A stretch of 64,000 bases of DNA from Lingula anatina (lineage: Eukaryota > Animalia > Brachiopoda), in the NCBI GenBank assembly GCA_051362555.1, contig CM120644.1, forward strand, positions 11,802,567 to 11,866,566, written 5' to 3'. Numbering within the stretch: the first letter of the stretch is position 1; every line of letters begins with the position of its first letter. Positions 32,401 to 47,400 of this stretch are shown here, piece by piece. A program made the translations under genes and the position numbers. The notes under the pieces were generated by a model, which had not been told where the DNA came from, did not search any database, and saw nothing but the letters and a program-made list of their open reading frames with translations.

Positions 32401-35400
32401 ATTAAGGAAGAAATAGAGCAAAAACTCTCTCCACCCCACCCCCTCTCCAAATCCTGTTCTCAGGTGTGCTTTCTGGCAATCTTTAAAGCTGAAATTGGGG
32501 GCTTTAATGAAGTGATCCGGGCGCGTTTCCACATTTTTTATGAATGACAGGTGTGGTAAATGGATTTTCCTCACTTTTTGGAAAAATTGGTGACGGGTCA
32601 TTTTTGGGTGATTTTGAGTGATTTTCGTAAGGTCCGGATATGGCAGTTTTCTTCAATTTTGGCCAGGTAGGGATGAAAAATTTTTTTCTTCAATATTGTG
32701 TCAGGTAAGTGTGTTTGGTCATTTGTAGTGAGGGTAAAGTACTGGAAGAGTGGTTGTGTCATTATTAAGTAAGAAATAGAGCAAAAACTCTCTCCACCCC
32801 CCCCCCCCCTCTCCAAATCCTGTTCTCAGGTGTGCTTTCTGGCAATCTTTAAAGCTGAAATTGGGGGCTTTAATGAAGTGATCCGGGCGCGTTTCCACAT
32901 TTTTTATGAATGACAGGTGTGGTAAATGGATTTTCCTCACTTTTTGGAAAAATTGGTGACGGGTCATTTTTGAGTGATTTTGAGTGATTTTCGTAAGGTC
33001 CGGATATGGCAGTTTTCTTCAATTTTGGCCAGGTAGGGATGAAAAATTTTTTTCTTCAATATTGTGTCAGGTAAGTGTGTTTGGTCATTTGTAGTGAGGG
33101 TAAAGTACTGGAAGAGTGGTTGTGTCATTATAAAGGAAGAAATAGAGCAAAAACTCTCTCCACCCCCCCTCTCTCCAAATCCTGTTCTCAGGTGTGCTTT
33201 TTGACCAATTTTAAAGCTGAAATTGGGGGCTTTAATGAAGTGATCCGGGCGCGTTTCCACATTTTTTATGAATGACAGGTGTGGTAAATTGATTTTTCTC
33301 ACTTTTTGGAAAAATTGGTGATGGGTCATTTTTGAGTGATTTTGAGTGATTTTCGTAAGGGTCGGATATGGCAGTTTTCTTCAATTTTGGCCAGGTAGGG
33401 ATGAAAAATTTTTTTCTTCAATATTGTGTCAGGTAGGTGTGTTTGGTCATTTGTAGTGAGGGTAAAGTACTGGAAGAGTGGTTGTGTCATTATTAAGTAA
33501 GAAATAGAGCAAAAACTCTCTCCACCCCCCCCCCACCCCTCCCCCTCTCTCCAAATCCTGTTCTCAGGTGTGCTTTCTGGCAATCTTTAAAGCTGAAATT
33601 GGGGGCTTTAATGAAGTGATCCGGGCGCGTTTCCACATTTTTTATGAATGACAGGCGTGGTAAATTGATTTTCCTCACTTTTTGGAAAAATTGGTGATGG
33701 GTCATTTTTGAGTGATTTTGAGTGATTTTCGTAAGGTCCAGATATGGCAGTTTTCTTCAATTTTGGCCAGGTAGGGATGAAAAATTTTTTTCTTCAATAT
33801 TGTGTCAGGTAGGTGTGTTTGGTCATTTGTAGTGAGGGTAAAGTACTGGAAGAGTGGTTATGTCATTATTAAGGAAGAAATAGAGCAAAAACTCTCTCCA
33901 CCCCACCCCCTCTCCAAATCCTGTTCTCAGGTGTGCTTTCTGGCAATCTTTAAAGCTGAAATTGGGGGCTTTAATGAAGTGATCCGGGCGCGTTTCCACA
34001 TTTTTTATGAATGACAGGTGTGGTAAATGGATTTTCCTCACTTTTTGGAAAAATTGGTGACGGGTCATTTTTGGGTGATTTTGAGTGATTTTCGTAAGGT
34101 CCGGATATGGCAGTTTTCTTCAATTTTGGCCAGGTAGGGATGAAAAATTTTTTTCTTCAATATTGTGTCAGGTAAGTGTGTTTGGTCATTTGTAGTGAGG
34201 GTAAAGTACTGGAAGAGTGGTTGTGTCATTATTAAGTAAGAAATAGAGCAAAAACTCTCTCCACCCCCCCCCCCTCTCCAAATCCTGTTCTCAGGTGTGC
34301 TTTCTGGCAATCTTTAAAGCTGAAATTGGGGGCTTTAATGAAGTGATCCGGGCGCGTTTCCACATTTTTTATGAATGACAGGTGTGGTAAATGGATTTTC
34401 CTCACTTTTTGGAAAAATTGGTGACGGGTCATTTTTGAGTGATTTTGAGTGATTTTCGTAAGGTCCGGATATGGCAGTTTTCTTCAATTTTGGCCAGGTA
34501 GGGATGAAAAATTTTTTTCTTCAATATTGTGTCAGGTAAGTGTGTTTGGTCATTTGTAGTGAGGGTAAAGTACTGGAAGAGTGGTTGTGTCATTATAAAG
34601 GAAGAAATAGAGCAAAAACTCTCTCCACCCCCCCTCTCTCCAAATCCTGTTCTCAGGTGTGCTTTTTGACCAATTTTAAAGCTGAAATTGGGGGCTTTAA
34701 TGAAGTGATCTGGGCGCGTTTCCACATTTTTTATGAATGACAGGTGTGGTAAATTGATTTTTCTCACTTTTTGGAAAAATTGGTGATGGGTCATTTTTGA
34801 GTGATTTTGAGTGATTTTCGTAAGGGTCGGATATGGCAGTTTTCTTCAATTTTGGCCAGGTAGGGATGAAAAATTTTTTTCTTCAATATTGTGTCAGGTA
34901 GGTGTGTTTGGTCATTTGTAGTGAGGGTAAAGTACTGGAAGAGTGGTTGTGTCATTATTAAGTAGGAAATAGAGCAAAAACTCTCTCCACCCCCCCCCCT
35001 CTCAAAATCCTGTTCTCAGGTGTGCTTTCTGGCAATCTTTAAAGCTGAAATTGGGGGCTTTAATGAAGTGATCCGGGCGCGTTTCCACATTTTTTATAAA
35101 TGACAGGTGTGGTAAATGGATTTTCCTCACTTTTTGGAAAAATTGGTGACGGGTCATTTTTGGATGATTTTGAGTGATTTTCGTAAGGTCCGGATATGGC
35201 AGTTTTCTTCAATTTTGGCCAGGTAGGGATGAAAAATTTTTTTCTTCAATATTGTGTCAGGTAAGTGTGTTTGGTCATTTGTAATAAGGGTAAAGTACTG
35301 GAAGAGTGGTTGTGTCATTATTAAGGAAGAAATAGAGCAAAAACTCTCTCCACCCCCCCTCTCTCCAAATCCTGTTCTCAGGTGTGCTTTTTGACCAATT

Positions 35401-38400
35401 TTAAAGCTGAAATTGGGGGCTTTAATGAAGTGATCCGGGCGCGTTTCCACATTTTTATGAATGACAGGTGTGGTAAATTGATTTTCATCACTTTTTGGAA
35501 AAATTGGTGAAGGGTCATTTTTGGGTGATTTTGAGTGATTTTCGTAAGGTCCGGATATGGCAGTTTTCTTCAATTTTGGCCAGGTAGGGATGAAAAATTT
35601 TTTTCTTCAATATTGTGTCAGGTAGGTGTGTTTGGTCATTTGTAATAAGGGTAAAGTACTGGAAGAGTGGTTGTGTCATTATTAAGGAAGAAATAGAGCA
35701 AAAACTCTCTCCACCCCCCCATCTCTCCAAATCCTGTTCTCAGGTGTGCTTTCTGGCAATCTTAAAAGCTGAAATTGGGGGCTTTAATGAAGTGATCCGG
35801 GCGCGTTTCCACATTTTTATGAATGACAGGTGTGGTAAATTGATTTTCATCACTTTTTGGAAAAATTGGTGATGGATCATTTCTGGGTGATTTTGGGTGA
35901 TTTTCGTAAGGTCCGGATATGGCAGTTTTCTTCAATTTTGGCCAGGTAGGGATGAAAAATTTTTTCTTCAATATTGTGTCAGGTAAGTGTGTTTGGTCAT
36001 TTGTAGTGATGGTCAAGTACTGGAAGAGTAGTTGTGTCATTATTAAGGAAGAAATAGAGCAAAAACTCTCTCCACCCCCCCTCTCTCCAAATCCTGTTCT
36101 CAGGTGTGCTTTTTGACCAATTTTAAAGCTGAAATTGGGGGCTTTAATGAAGTGATCCGGGCTCGTTTCCACATTTTTATGAATGACAGGTGTGGTAAAT
36201 TGATTTTCATCACTTTTTGGAAAAATTGGTGAAGGGTCATTTTTGGGTGATTTTGAGTGATTTTCGTAAGGTCCGGATATGGCAGTTTTCTTCAATTTTG
36301 GCCAGGTAGGGATGAAAAATTTTTTTCTTCAATATTGTGTCAGGTAAGTGTGTTTGGTCATTTGTAGTGAGGGTCAAGTACTGGAAGAGTAGTTGTGTCA
36401 TTATTAAGGAAGAAATAGAGCAAAAACTCTCTCCACCCCCCGTCTCTCCAAATCCTGTTCTCAGGTGTGCTTTTTGACCAATTTTAAAGCTGAAATTGGG
36501 GGCTTTAATGAAGTGATCTGGGCGCGTTTCCACATTTTTTATGAATGACAGGTGTGGTAAATTGATTTTTCTCACTTTTTGGAAAAATTGGTGATGGGTC
36601 ATTTTTGAGTGATTTTGAGTGATTTTCGTAAGGGTCAGATATGGCAGTTTTCTTCAATTTGGGCCAGGTAGGGATGAAAAATTTTTTTCTTCAATATTGT
36701 GTCAGGTAGGTGTGTTTGGTCATTTGTAGTGAGGGTAAAGTACTGGAAGAGTGGTTGTGTCATTATTAAGTAAGAAATAGAGCAAAAACTCTCTCCACCC
36801 CCCCCCCCCTCTCCAAATCCTGTTCTCAGGTGTGCTTTCTGGCAATCTTTAAAGCTGAAATTGGGGGCTTTAATGAAGTTATCCGGGCGCGTTTTCCACA
36901 TTTTTTATGAATGACAGGTGTGGTAAATTGATTTTCCTCACTTTTTGGAAAAATTTCTGACGGGTCATTTTTGAGTGATTTTGAGTGATTTTCGTAAGGT
37001 CCGGATATGGCAGTTTTCTTCAATTTTGGCCAGGTAGGGATGAAAAAATTTTTTTTTTCAATATTGTGTCAGGTAAGTGTGTTTGGTCATTTGTAGTGAG
37101 GGTCAAGTACTGGAAGAGTAGTTGTGTCATTATTAAGGAAGAAATAGAGCAAAAACTCTCTCCACCCCCCCGTCTCTCCAAATCCTGTTCTCAGGTGTGC
37201 TTTTTGACCAATTTTAAAGCTGAAATTGGGGGCTTTAATGAAGTGATCTGGGCGCGTTTCCACATTTTTTATAAATGACAGGTGTGGTAAATTGATTTTT
37301 CTCACTTTTTGGAAAAATTGGTGATGGGTCATTTTTGGGTGATTTTGAGTGATTTTCGTAAGGTCTGGATATGGCAGTATTCTTCAATTTTGGCCAGGTA
37401 GGGATGAAAAATTTTTTTCTTCAATATTGTGTCAGGTAAATGTGTTTTGTCATTTGTAGTGAGGGTCAAGTACTGGAAGAGTAGTTGTGTCATTATTAAG
37501 GAAGAAATAGAGCAAAAACTCTCTCCACCCCCCGTCTCTCCAAATCCTGTTCTCAGGTGTGCTTTTTGACCAATTTTAAAGCTGAAATTGGGGGCTTTAA
37601 TGAAGTGATCCGGGCGCGTTTCCACATTTTTTATGAATGACAGGTGTGGTAAATGGATTTTCCTCACTTTTTGGAAAAATTGGTGACGGGTCATTTTTGG
37701 GTGATTTTGAGTGATTTTCGTAAGGTCTGGATATGGCAGTATTCTTCAATTTTGGCCAGGTAGGGATGAAAAATTTTTTTCTTCAATATTGTGTCAGGTA
37801 AATGTGTTTTGTCATTTGTAGTGAGGGTAAAGTACTGGAAGAGTGGTTGTGTCATTATTAAGTAAGAAATAGAGCAAAAACTCTCTCCACCCCCCCCCCC
37901 CTCTCCAAATCCTGTTCTCAGGTGTGCTTTCTGGCAATCTTTAAAGCTGAAATTGGGGGCTTTAATGAAGTGATCCGGGCGCGTTTCCACATTTTTTATG
38001 AATGACAGGTGTGGTAAATGGATTTTCCTCACTTTTTGGAAAAATTGGTGACGGGTCATTTTTGGGTGATTTTGAGTGATTTTCGTAAGGTCCGGATATG
38101 GCAGTTTTCTTCAATTTTGGCCAGGTAGGGATGAAAAATTTTTTTCTTCAATATTGTGTCAGGTAAGCGTGTTTGGTCATTTGTAGTGAGGGTAAAGTAC
38201 TGGAAGAGTGGTTGTGTCATTATTAAGGAAGAAATAGAGCAAAAACTCTCTCCACCCCCCCTCTCTCCAAATCCTGTTCTCAGGTGTGCTTTTTGACCAA
38301 TTTTAAAGCTGAAATTGGGGGCTTTAATGAAGTGATCTGGGCGCGTTTCCACATTTTTTATGAATGACAGGTGTGGTAAATTGATTTTTCTCACTTTTTG

Positions 38401-41400
38401 GAAAAATTGGTGATGGGTCATTTTTGAGTGATTTTGAGTGATTTTCGTAAGGGTCGGATATGGCAGTTTTCTTCAATTTTGGCCAGGTAGGGATGAAAAA
38501 TTTTTTTCTTCAATATTGTGTCAGGTAGGTGTGTTTGGTCATTTGTAATAAGGGTAAAGTACTGGAAGAGTGGTTGTGTCATTATTAAGTAAGAAATAGA
38601 GCAAAAACTCTCTCCACCCCCCCTCTCTCCAAATCCTGTTCTCAGGTGTCCTTTTTGACCAATTTTAAAGCTGAAATTGGGGGCTTTAATGAAGTGATCC
38701 GGGCTCGTTTCCACATTTTTATGAATGACAGGTGTGGTAAATTGATTTTCATCACTTTTTGGAAAAATTGGTGAAGGGTCATTTTTGGGTGATTTTGAGT
38801 GATTTTCGTAAGGTCCGGATATGGCAGTTTTCTTCAATTTTGGCCAGGTAGGGATGAAAAATTTTTTTCTTCAATATTGTGTCAGGTAGGTGTGTTTGGT
38901 CATTTGTAATAAGGGTAAAGTACTGGAAGAGTGGTTGTGTCATTATTGAGGAAGAAATAGAGCAAAAACTCTCTCCACCCCCCCTCTCTGCAAATCCTGT
39001 TCTCAGGTGTGCTTTCTGGCAATCTTTAAAGCTGAAATTAGGGGCTTTAATGAAGTGATCCGGGCGCGTTTCCACATTTTTTATGAATGACAGGTGTGGT
39101 AAATTGATTTTCCTCACTTTTTGGAAAAATTGGTGATTGGTCATTTTTGAGTGATTTTGAGTGATTTTCGTAAGGTCCGGATATGGCAGTTTTCTTCAAT
39201 TTTGGCCAGGTAGGGATGAAAAATTTTTTTCTTCAATATTGTGTCAGGTAGGTGTGTTTGGTCATTTGTAATAAGGGTAAAGTACTGGAAGAGTGGTTGT
39301 GTCATTATTAAGGAAGAAATAGAGCAAAAACTCTCTCCACCCCCCCTCTCTCCACATCCTGTTCTCAGGTGTGCTTTCTGGCAATCTTTAAAGCTGGAAT
39401 TAGGGGCTTTAATGAAGTGATCCGGGCGCGTTTCCACATTTTTTATGAATGACAGGTGTGGTAAATTGATTTTCCTCACTTTTTGGAAAAATTGGTGATG
39501 GATCATTTTTGAGTGATTTTGAGTGATTTTCGTAAGGTCCGGATATGGCAGTTTTCTTCAATTTTGGCCACGTAGGGATGAAAAATTTTTTTCTTCAATA
39601 TTGTGTCAGGTAAGTGTGTTTGGTCATTTGTAGTGAGGGTCAAGTACTGGAAGAGTAGTTGTATCATTATTAAGGAAGAAATAGAGCAAAAACTCTCTCC
39701 ACCCCCCTCTCTCCAAATCCTGTTCTCAGGTGTGCTTTTTGACCAATTTTAAAGCTGAAATTGGGGGCTTTAATGAAGTGATCTGGGCGCGTTTCCACAT
39801 TTTTTATGAATGACAGGTGTGGTAAATTGATTTTTCTCACTTTTTGGAAAAATTGGTGATGGGTCATTTTTGAGTGATTTTGAGTGATTTTCGTAAGGGT
39901 CGGATATGGCAGTTTTCTTCAATTTTGGCCAGGTAGGGATGAAAAATTTTTTTCTTCAATATTGTGTCAGGTAGGTGTGTTTGGTCATTTGTAATAAGGG
40001 TAAAGTACTGGAAGAGTGGTTGTGTCATTATTAAGGAAGAAATAGAGCAAAAACTCTCTCCACCCCCCCTCTCTCCAAATCCTGTTCTCAGGTGTCCTTT
40101 TTGACCAATTTTAAAGCTGAAATTGGGGGCTTTAATGAAGTGATCCGGGCTCGTTTCCACATTTTTATGAATGACAGGTGTGGTAAATTGATTTTCATCA
40201 CTTTTTGGAAAAATTGGTGAAGGGTCATTTTTGGGTGATTTTGAGTGATTTTCGTAAGGTCCGGATATGGCAGTTTTCTTCAATTTTGGCCATGTAGGGA
40301 TGAAAAATTTTTTTCTTCAATATTGTGTCAGGTAGGTGTGTTTGGTCATTTGTAGTGAGGGTAAAGTACTGGAAGAGTGGTTATGTCATTATTAAGGAAG
40401 AAATAGAGCAAAAACTCTCTCCACCCCCCCTCTCTCCACATCCTGTTCTCAGGTGTGCTTTCTGGCAATCTTTAAAGCTGGAATTAGGGGCTTTAATGAA
40501 GTGATCCGGGCGCGTTTCCACATTTTTTATGAATGACAGGTGTGGTAAATTAATTTTCCTCACTTTTTGGAAAAATTGGTGATGGATTATTTTTGAGTGA
40601 TTTTGAGTGATTTTCGTAAGGTCCGGATATGGCAGTTTTCTTCAATTTTGGCCAGGTAGGGATGAAAAATTTTTTTCTTCAATATTGTGTCAGGTAGGTG
40701 TGTTTGGTCATTTGTAGTGAGGGTAAAGTACTGGAAGAGTAGTTGTGTCATTATTAAGGAAGAAATAGAGAAAAAACTCTCTCCACCCCCCCCCCCTCTC
40801 CAAATCCTGTTCTCAGGTGTGCTTTCTGGCAATCTTTAAAGCTGAAATTGGGGGCTTTAATGAAGTGATCCGGGCGCGTTTCCACATTTTTATGAATGAC
40901 AGGTGTGGTAAATTGATTTTCATCACTTTTTGGAAAAATTGGTGATGGGTCATTTCTGGGTGATTTTGGGTGATTTTCGTAAGGTCTGGATATGGCAGTT
41001 TTCTTCAATTTTGGCCAGGTAGGGATGAAAAATTTTTTTCTTCAATATTGTGTCAGGTAAGTGTGTTTGGTCATTTGTAGTGAGGGTCAAGTACTGGAAG
41101 AGTAGTTGTGTCATTATTAAGGAAGAAATAGAGCAAAAACTCTCTCCACCCCCCCTCTCTCCAAATCCTGTTCTCAGGTGTGCTTTCTGGCAATCTTTAA
41201 AGCTGAAATTGGGGGCTTTAATGAAGTGATCCGGGCGTGTTTCCACATTTTTTATGAATGACAGGTGTGGTAAATGGATTTTCCTCACTTTTTGGAAAAA
41301 TTGGTGACGGGTCATTTTTGGGTGATTTTGAGTGATTTTCGTAAGGTCCGGATATGGCAGTTTTCTTCAATTTTGGCCAGGTAGGGATGAAAAATTTTTT

Positions 41401-44400
41401 TCTTCAATATTGTGTCAGGTAAGTGTGTTTGGTCATTTGTAGTGAGGGTAAAGTACTGGAAGAGTGGTTGTGTCATTATTAAGGAAGAAATAGAGCAAAA
41501 ACTCTCTCCACCCCCCCTCTCTCCAAATCCTGTTCTCAGGTGTGCTTTTTGACGAATTTTAAAGCTGAAATTGGGGGCTTTAATGAAGTGATCTGGGCGC
41601 GTTTCCACATTTTTTATGAATGACAGGTGTGGTAAATTGATTTTTCTCACTTTTTGGAAAAATTGGTGATGGGTCATTTTTGAGTTATTTTGAGTGATTT
41701 TCGTAAGGGTCGGATATGGCAGTTTTCTTCAATTTTGGCCAGGTAGGGATGAAAAATTTTTTTCTTCAATATTGTGTCAGGTAGGTGTGTTTGGTCATTT
41801 GTAATAAGGGTAAAGTACTGGAAGAGTGGTTGTGTCATTATTAAGGAAGAAATAGAGCAAAAACTCTCTCCACCCCCCCTCTCTCCAAATCCTGTTCTCA
41901 GGTGTGCTTTTTGACCAATTTTAAAGCTGAAATTGGGGGCTTTAATGAAGTGATCCGGGCGCGTTTCCACATTTTTTATGAATGACAGGTGTGGTAAATG
42001 GATTTTCCTCACTTTTTGGAAAAATTGGTGACGGGTCATTTTTGGGTGATTTTGAGTGATTTTCGTAAGGTCCGGATATGGCAGTTTTCTTCAATTTTGG
42101 CCAGGTAGGGATGAAAAATTTTTTTCTTCAATATTGTGTCAGGTAAGCGTGTTTGGTCATTTGTAGTGAGGGTAAAGTACTGGAAGAGTGGTTGTGTCAT
42201 TATTAAGGAAGAAATAGAGCAAAAACTCTCTCCACCCCCCTCTCTCCAAATCCTGTTCTCAGGTGTGCTTTTTGACCAATTTTAAAGCTGAAATTGGGGG
42301 CTTTAATGAAGTGATCTGGGCGCGTTTCCACATTTTTTATGAATGACAGGTGTGGTAAATTGATTTTTCTCACTTTTTGGAAAAATTGGTGATGGGTCAT
42401 TTTTGAGTGATTTTGAGTGATTTTCGTAAGGGTCGGATATGGCAGTTTTCTTCAATTTTGGCCAGGTAGGGATGAAAAATTTTTTTCTTCAATATTGTGT
42501 CAGGTAGGTGTGTTTGGTCATTTGTAATAAGGGTAAAGTACTGGAAGAGTGGTTGTGTCATTATTAAGGAAGAAATAGAGCAAAAACTCTCTCCACCCCC
42601 CCTCTCTCCAAATCCTGTTCTCAGGTGTCCTTTTTGACCAATTTTAAAGCTGAAATTGGGGGCTTTAATGAAGTGATCCGGGCTCGTTTCCACATTTTTA
42701 TGAATGACAGGTGTGGTAAATTGATTTTCATCACTTTTTGGAAAAATTGGTGAAGGGTCATTTTTGGGTGATTTTGAGTGATTTTCGTAAGGTCCGGATA
42801 TGGCAGTTTTCTTCAATTTTGGCCATGTAGGGATGAAAAATTTTTTTCTTCAATATTGTGTCAGGTAGGTGTGTTTGGTCATTTGTAGTGAGGGTAAAGT
42901 ACTGGAAGAGTGGTTATGTCATTATTAAGGAAGAAATAGAGCAAAAACTCTCTCCACCCCCCCTCTCTCCACATCCTGTTCTCAGGTGTGCTTTCTGGCA
43001 ATCTTTAAAGCTGGAATTAGGGGCTTTAATGAAGTGATCCGGGCGCGTTTCCACATTTTTTATGAATGACAGGTGTGGTAAATTAATTTTCCTCACTTTT
43101 TGGAAAAATTGGTGATGGATCATTTTTGAGTGATTTTGAGTGATTTTCGTAAGGTCCGGATATGGCAGTTTTCTTCAATTTTGGCCAGGTAGGGATGAAA
43201 AATTTTTTTCTTCAATATTGTGTCAGGTAGGTGTGTTTGGTCATTTGTAGTGAGGGTAAAGTACTGGAAGAGTGGTTGTGTCATTATTAAGGAAGAAATA
43301 GAGAAAAAACTCTCTCCACCCCCCCCCCTCTCCAAATCCTGTTCTCAGGTGTGCTTTCTGGCAATCTTTAAAGCTGAAATTGGGGGCTTTAATGGAGTGA
43401 TCCGGGCGCGTTTCCACATTTTTTATGAATGACAGGTGTGGTAAATTGATTTTCCTCACTTTTTGGAAAAATTGGTGATGGGTCATTTTTGAGTGATTTT
43501 GAGTGATTTTCGTAAGGTCCGGATATGGCAGTTTTCTTCAATTTTGGCCAGGTAGGGATGAAAATTTTTTTTCTTCAATATTGTGTCAGGAAGGTGTGTT
43601 TGGTCATTTGTAATAAGGGTAAAGTACTGGAAGAGTGGTTGTGTCATTATTAAGGAAGAAATAGAGCAAAAACTCTCTCCACCCCCCATCTCTCCAAATC
43701 CTGTTCTCAGGTGTGCTTTCTGGCAATCTTTAAAGCTGAAATTGGGGGCTTTAATGAAGTGATCCGGGCGCGTTTCCACATTTTTATGAATGACAGGTGT
43801 GGTAAATTGATTTTCATCACTTTTTGGAAAAATTGGTGATGGGTCATTTCTGGGTGATTTTGGGTGATTTTCGTAAGGTCTGGATATGGCAGTTTTCTTC
43901 AATTTTGGCCAGGTAGGGATGAAAAATTTTTTTCTTCAATATTGTGTCAGGTAAGTGTGTTTGGTCATTTGTAGTGAGGGTCAAGTACTGGAAGAGTAGT
44001 TGTGTCATTATTAAGGAAGAAATAGAGCAAAAACTCTCTCCACCCCCCCTCTCTCCAAATCCTGTTCTCAGGTGTGCTTTCTGGCAATCTTTAAAGCTGA
44101 AATTGGGGGCTTTAATGAAGTGATCCGGGCGTGTTTCCACATATTTTATGAATGACAGGTGTGGTAAATGGATTTTCCTCACTTTTTGGAAAAATTGGTG
44201 ACGGGTCATTTTTGGGTGATTTTGAGTGATTTTCGTAAGGTCCGGATATGGCAGTTTTCTTCAATTTTGGCCAGGTAGGGATGAAAAATTTTTTTCTTCA
44301 ATATTGTGTCAGGTAAGTGTGTTTGGTCATTTGTAGTGAGGGTAAAGTACTGGAAGAGTGGTTGTGTCATTATTAAGGAAGAAATAGAGCAAAAACTCTC

Positions 44401-47400
44401 TCCACCCCCCCTCTCTCCAAATCCTGTTCTCAGGTGTGCTTTTTGACGAATTTTAAAGCTGAAATTGGGGGCTTTAATGAAGTGATCTGGGCGCGTTTCC
44501 ACATTTTTTATGAATGACAGGTGTGGTAAATTGATTTTTCTCACTTTTTGGAAAAATTGGTGATGGGTCATTTTTGAGTTATTTTGAGTGATTTTCGTAA
44601 GGGTCGGATATGGCAGTTTTCTTCAATTTTGGCCAGGTAGGGATGAAAAATTTTTTTCTTCAATATTGTGTCAGGTAGGTGTGTTTGGTCATTTGTAATA
44701 AGGGTAAAGTACTGGAAGAGTGGTTGTGTCATTATTAAGGAAGAAATAGAGCAAAAACTCTCTCCACCCCCCCTCTCTCCAAATCCTGTTCTCAGGTGTG
44801 CTTTTTGACCAATTTTAAAGCTGAAATTGGGGGCTTTAATGAAGTGATCCGGGCGCGTTTCCACATTTTTTATGAATGACAGGTGTGGTAAATTGATTTT
44901 CCTCACTTTTTGGAAAAATTGGTGAAGGGTCATTTTTGGGTGATTTTGAGTGATTTTCGTAAGGTCCGGATATGGCAGTTTTCTTCAATTTTGGCCATGT
45001 AGGGATGAAAAATTTTTTTCTTCAATATTGTGTCAGGTAGGTGTGTTTGGTCATTTGTAGTGAGGGTAAAGTACTGGAAGAGTGGTTATGTCATTATTAA
45101 GGAAGAAATAGAGCAAAAACTCTCTCCACCCCCCCTCTCTCCACATCCTGTTCTCAGGTGTGCTTTCTGGCAATCTTTAAAGCTGGAATTAGGGGCTTTA
45201 ATGAAGTGATCCGGGCGCGTTTCCACATTTTTTATGAATGACAGGTGTGGTAAATTAATTTTCCTCACTTTTTGGAAAAATTGGTGATGGATCATTTTTG
45301 AGTGATTTTGAGTGATTTTCGTAAGGTCCGGATATGGCAGTTTTCTTCAATTTTGGCCAGGTAGGGATGAAAAATTTTTTTCTTCAATATTGTGTCAGGT
45401 AGGTGTGTTTGGTCATTTGTAGTGAGGGTAAAGTACTGGAAGAGTGGTTGTGTCATTATTAAGGAAGAAATAGAGAAAAAACTCTCTCCACCCCCCCCCC
45501 CTCTCCAAATCCTGTTCTCAGGTGTGCTTTCTGGCAATCTTTAAAGCTGAAATTGGGGGCTTTAATGGAGTGATCCGGGCGCGTTTCCACATTTTTTATG
45601 AATGACAGGTGTGGTAAATTGATTTTCCTCACTTTTTGGAAAAATTGGTGATGGGTCATTTTTGAGTGATTTTGAGTGATTTTCGTAAGGTCCGGATATG
45701 GCAGTTTTCTTCAATTTTGGCCAGGTAGGGATGAAAATTTTTTTTCTTCAATATTGTGTCAGGAAGGTGTGTTTGGTCATTTGTAATAAGGGTAAAGTAC
45801 TGGAAGAGTGGTTGTGTCATTATTAAGGAAGAAATAGAGCAAAAACTCTCTCCACCCCCCATCTCTCCAAATCCTGTTCTCAGGTGTGCTTTCTGGCAAT
45901 CTTTAAAGCTGAAATTGGGGGCTTTAATGAAGTGATCCGGGCGCGTTTCCACATTTTTATGAATGACAGGTGTGGTAAATTGATTTTCATCACTTTTTGG
46001 AAAAATTGGTGATGGGTCATTTCTGGGTGATTTTGGGTGATTTTCGTAAGGTCTGGATATGGCAGTTTTCTTCAATTTTGGCCAGGTAGGGATGAAAAAT
46101 TTTTTTCTTCAATATTGTGTCAGGTAAGTGTGTTTGGTCATTTGTAGTGAGGGTCAAGTACTGGAAGAGTAGTTGTGTCATTATTAAGGAAGAAATAGAG
46201 CAAAAACTCTCTCCACCCCCCCTCTCTCCAAATCCTGTTCTCAGGTGTGCTTTCTGGCAATCTTTAAAGCTGAAATTGGGGGCTTTAATGAAGTGATCCG
46301 GGCGTGTTTCCACATTTTTTATGAATGACAGGTGTGGTAAATGGATTTTCCTCACTTTTTGGAAAAATTGGTGACGGGTCATTTTTGGGTGATTTTGAGT
46401 GATTTTCGTAAGGTCCGGATATGGCAGTTTTCTTCAATTTTGGCCAGGTAGGGATGAAAAATTTTTTTCTTCAATATTGTGTCAGGTAAGTGTGTTTGGT
46501 CATTTGTAGTGAGGGTAAAGTACTGGAAGAGTGGTTGTGTCATTATTAAGGAAGAAATAGAGCAAAAACTCTCTCCACCCCCCCTCTCTCCAAATCCTGT
46601 TCTCAGGTGTGCTTTTTGACGAATTTTAAAGCTGAAATTGGGGGCTTTAATGAAGTGATCTGGGCGCGTTTCCACATTTTTTATGAATGACAGGTGTGGT
46701 AAATTGATTTTTCTCACTTTTTGGAAAAATTGGTGATGGGTCATTTTTGAGTTATTTTGAGTGATTTTCGTAAGGGTCGGATATGGCAGTTTTCTTCAAT
46801 TTTGGCCAGGTAGGGATGAAAAATTTTTTTCTTCAATATTGTGTCAGGTAGGTGTGTTTGGTCATTTGTAATAAGGGTAAAGTACTGGAAGAGTGGTTGT
46901 GTCATTATTAAGGAAGAAATAGAGCAAAAACTCTCTCCACCCCCCCTCTCTCCAAATCCTGTTCTCAGGTGTGCTTTTTGACCAATTTTAAAGCTGAAAT
47001 TGGGGGCTTTAATGAAGTGATCCGGGCGCGTTTCCACATTTTTTATGAATGACAGGTGTGGTAAATTGATTTTCCTCACTTTTTGGAAAAATTGGTGATG
47101 GGTCATTTTTGAGTGATTTTGAGTGATTTTCGTAAGGTCCGGATATGGCAGTTTTTTCAATTTTGGCCAGGTGGGGATGAAAAATTTTTTTCTTCAATAT
47201 TGTGTCAGGAAGGTGTGTTTGGTCATTTAGTAATAAGGGTAAAGTACTGGAAGAGTGGTTGTGTCATTATTAAGGAAGAAATAGAGCAAAAACTCTCTCC
47301 ACCCCCCATCTCTCCAAATCCTGTTCTCAGGTGTGCTTTCTGGCAATCTTTAAAGCTGAAATTGGGGGCTTTAATGAAGTGATCCGGGCGCGTTTCCACA

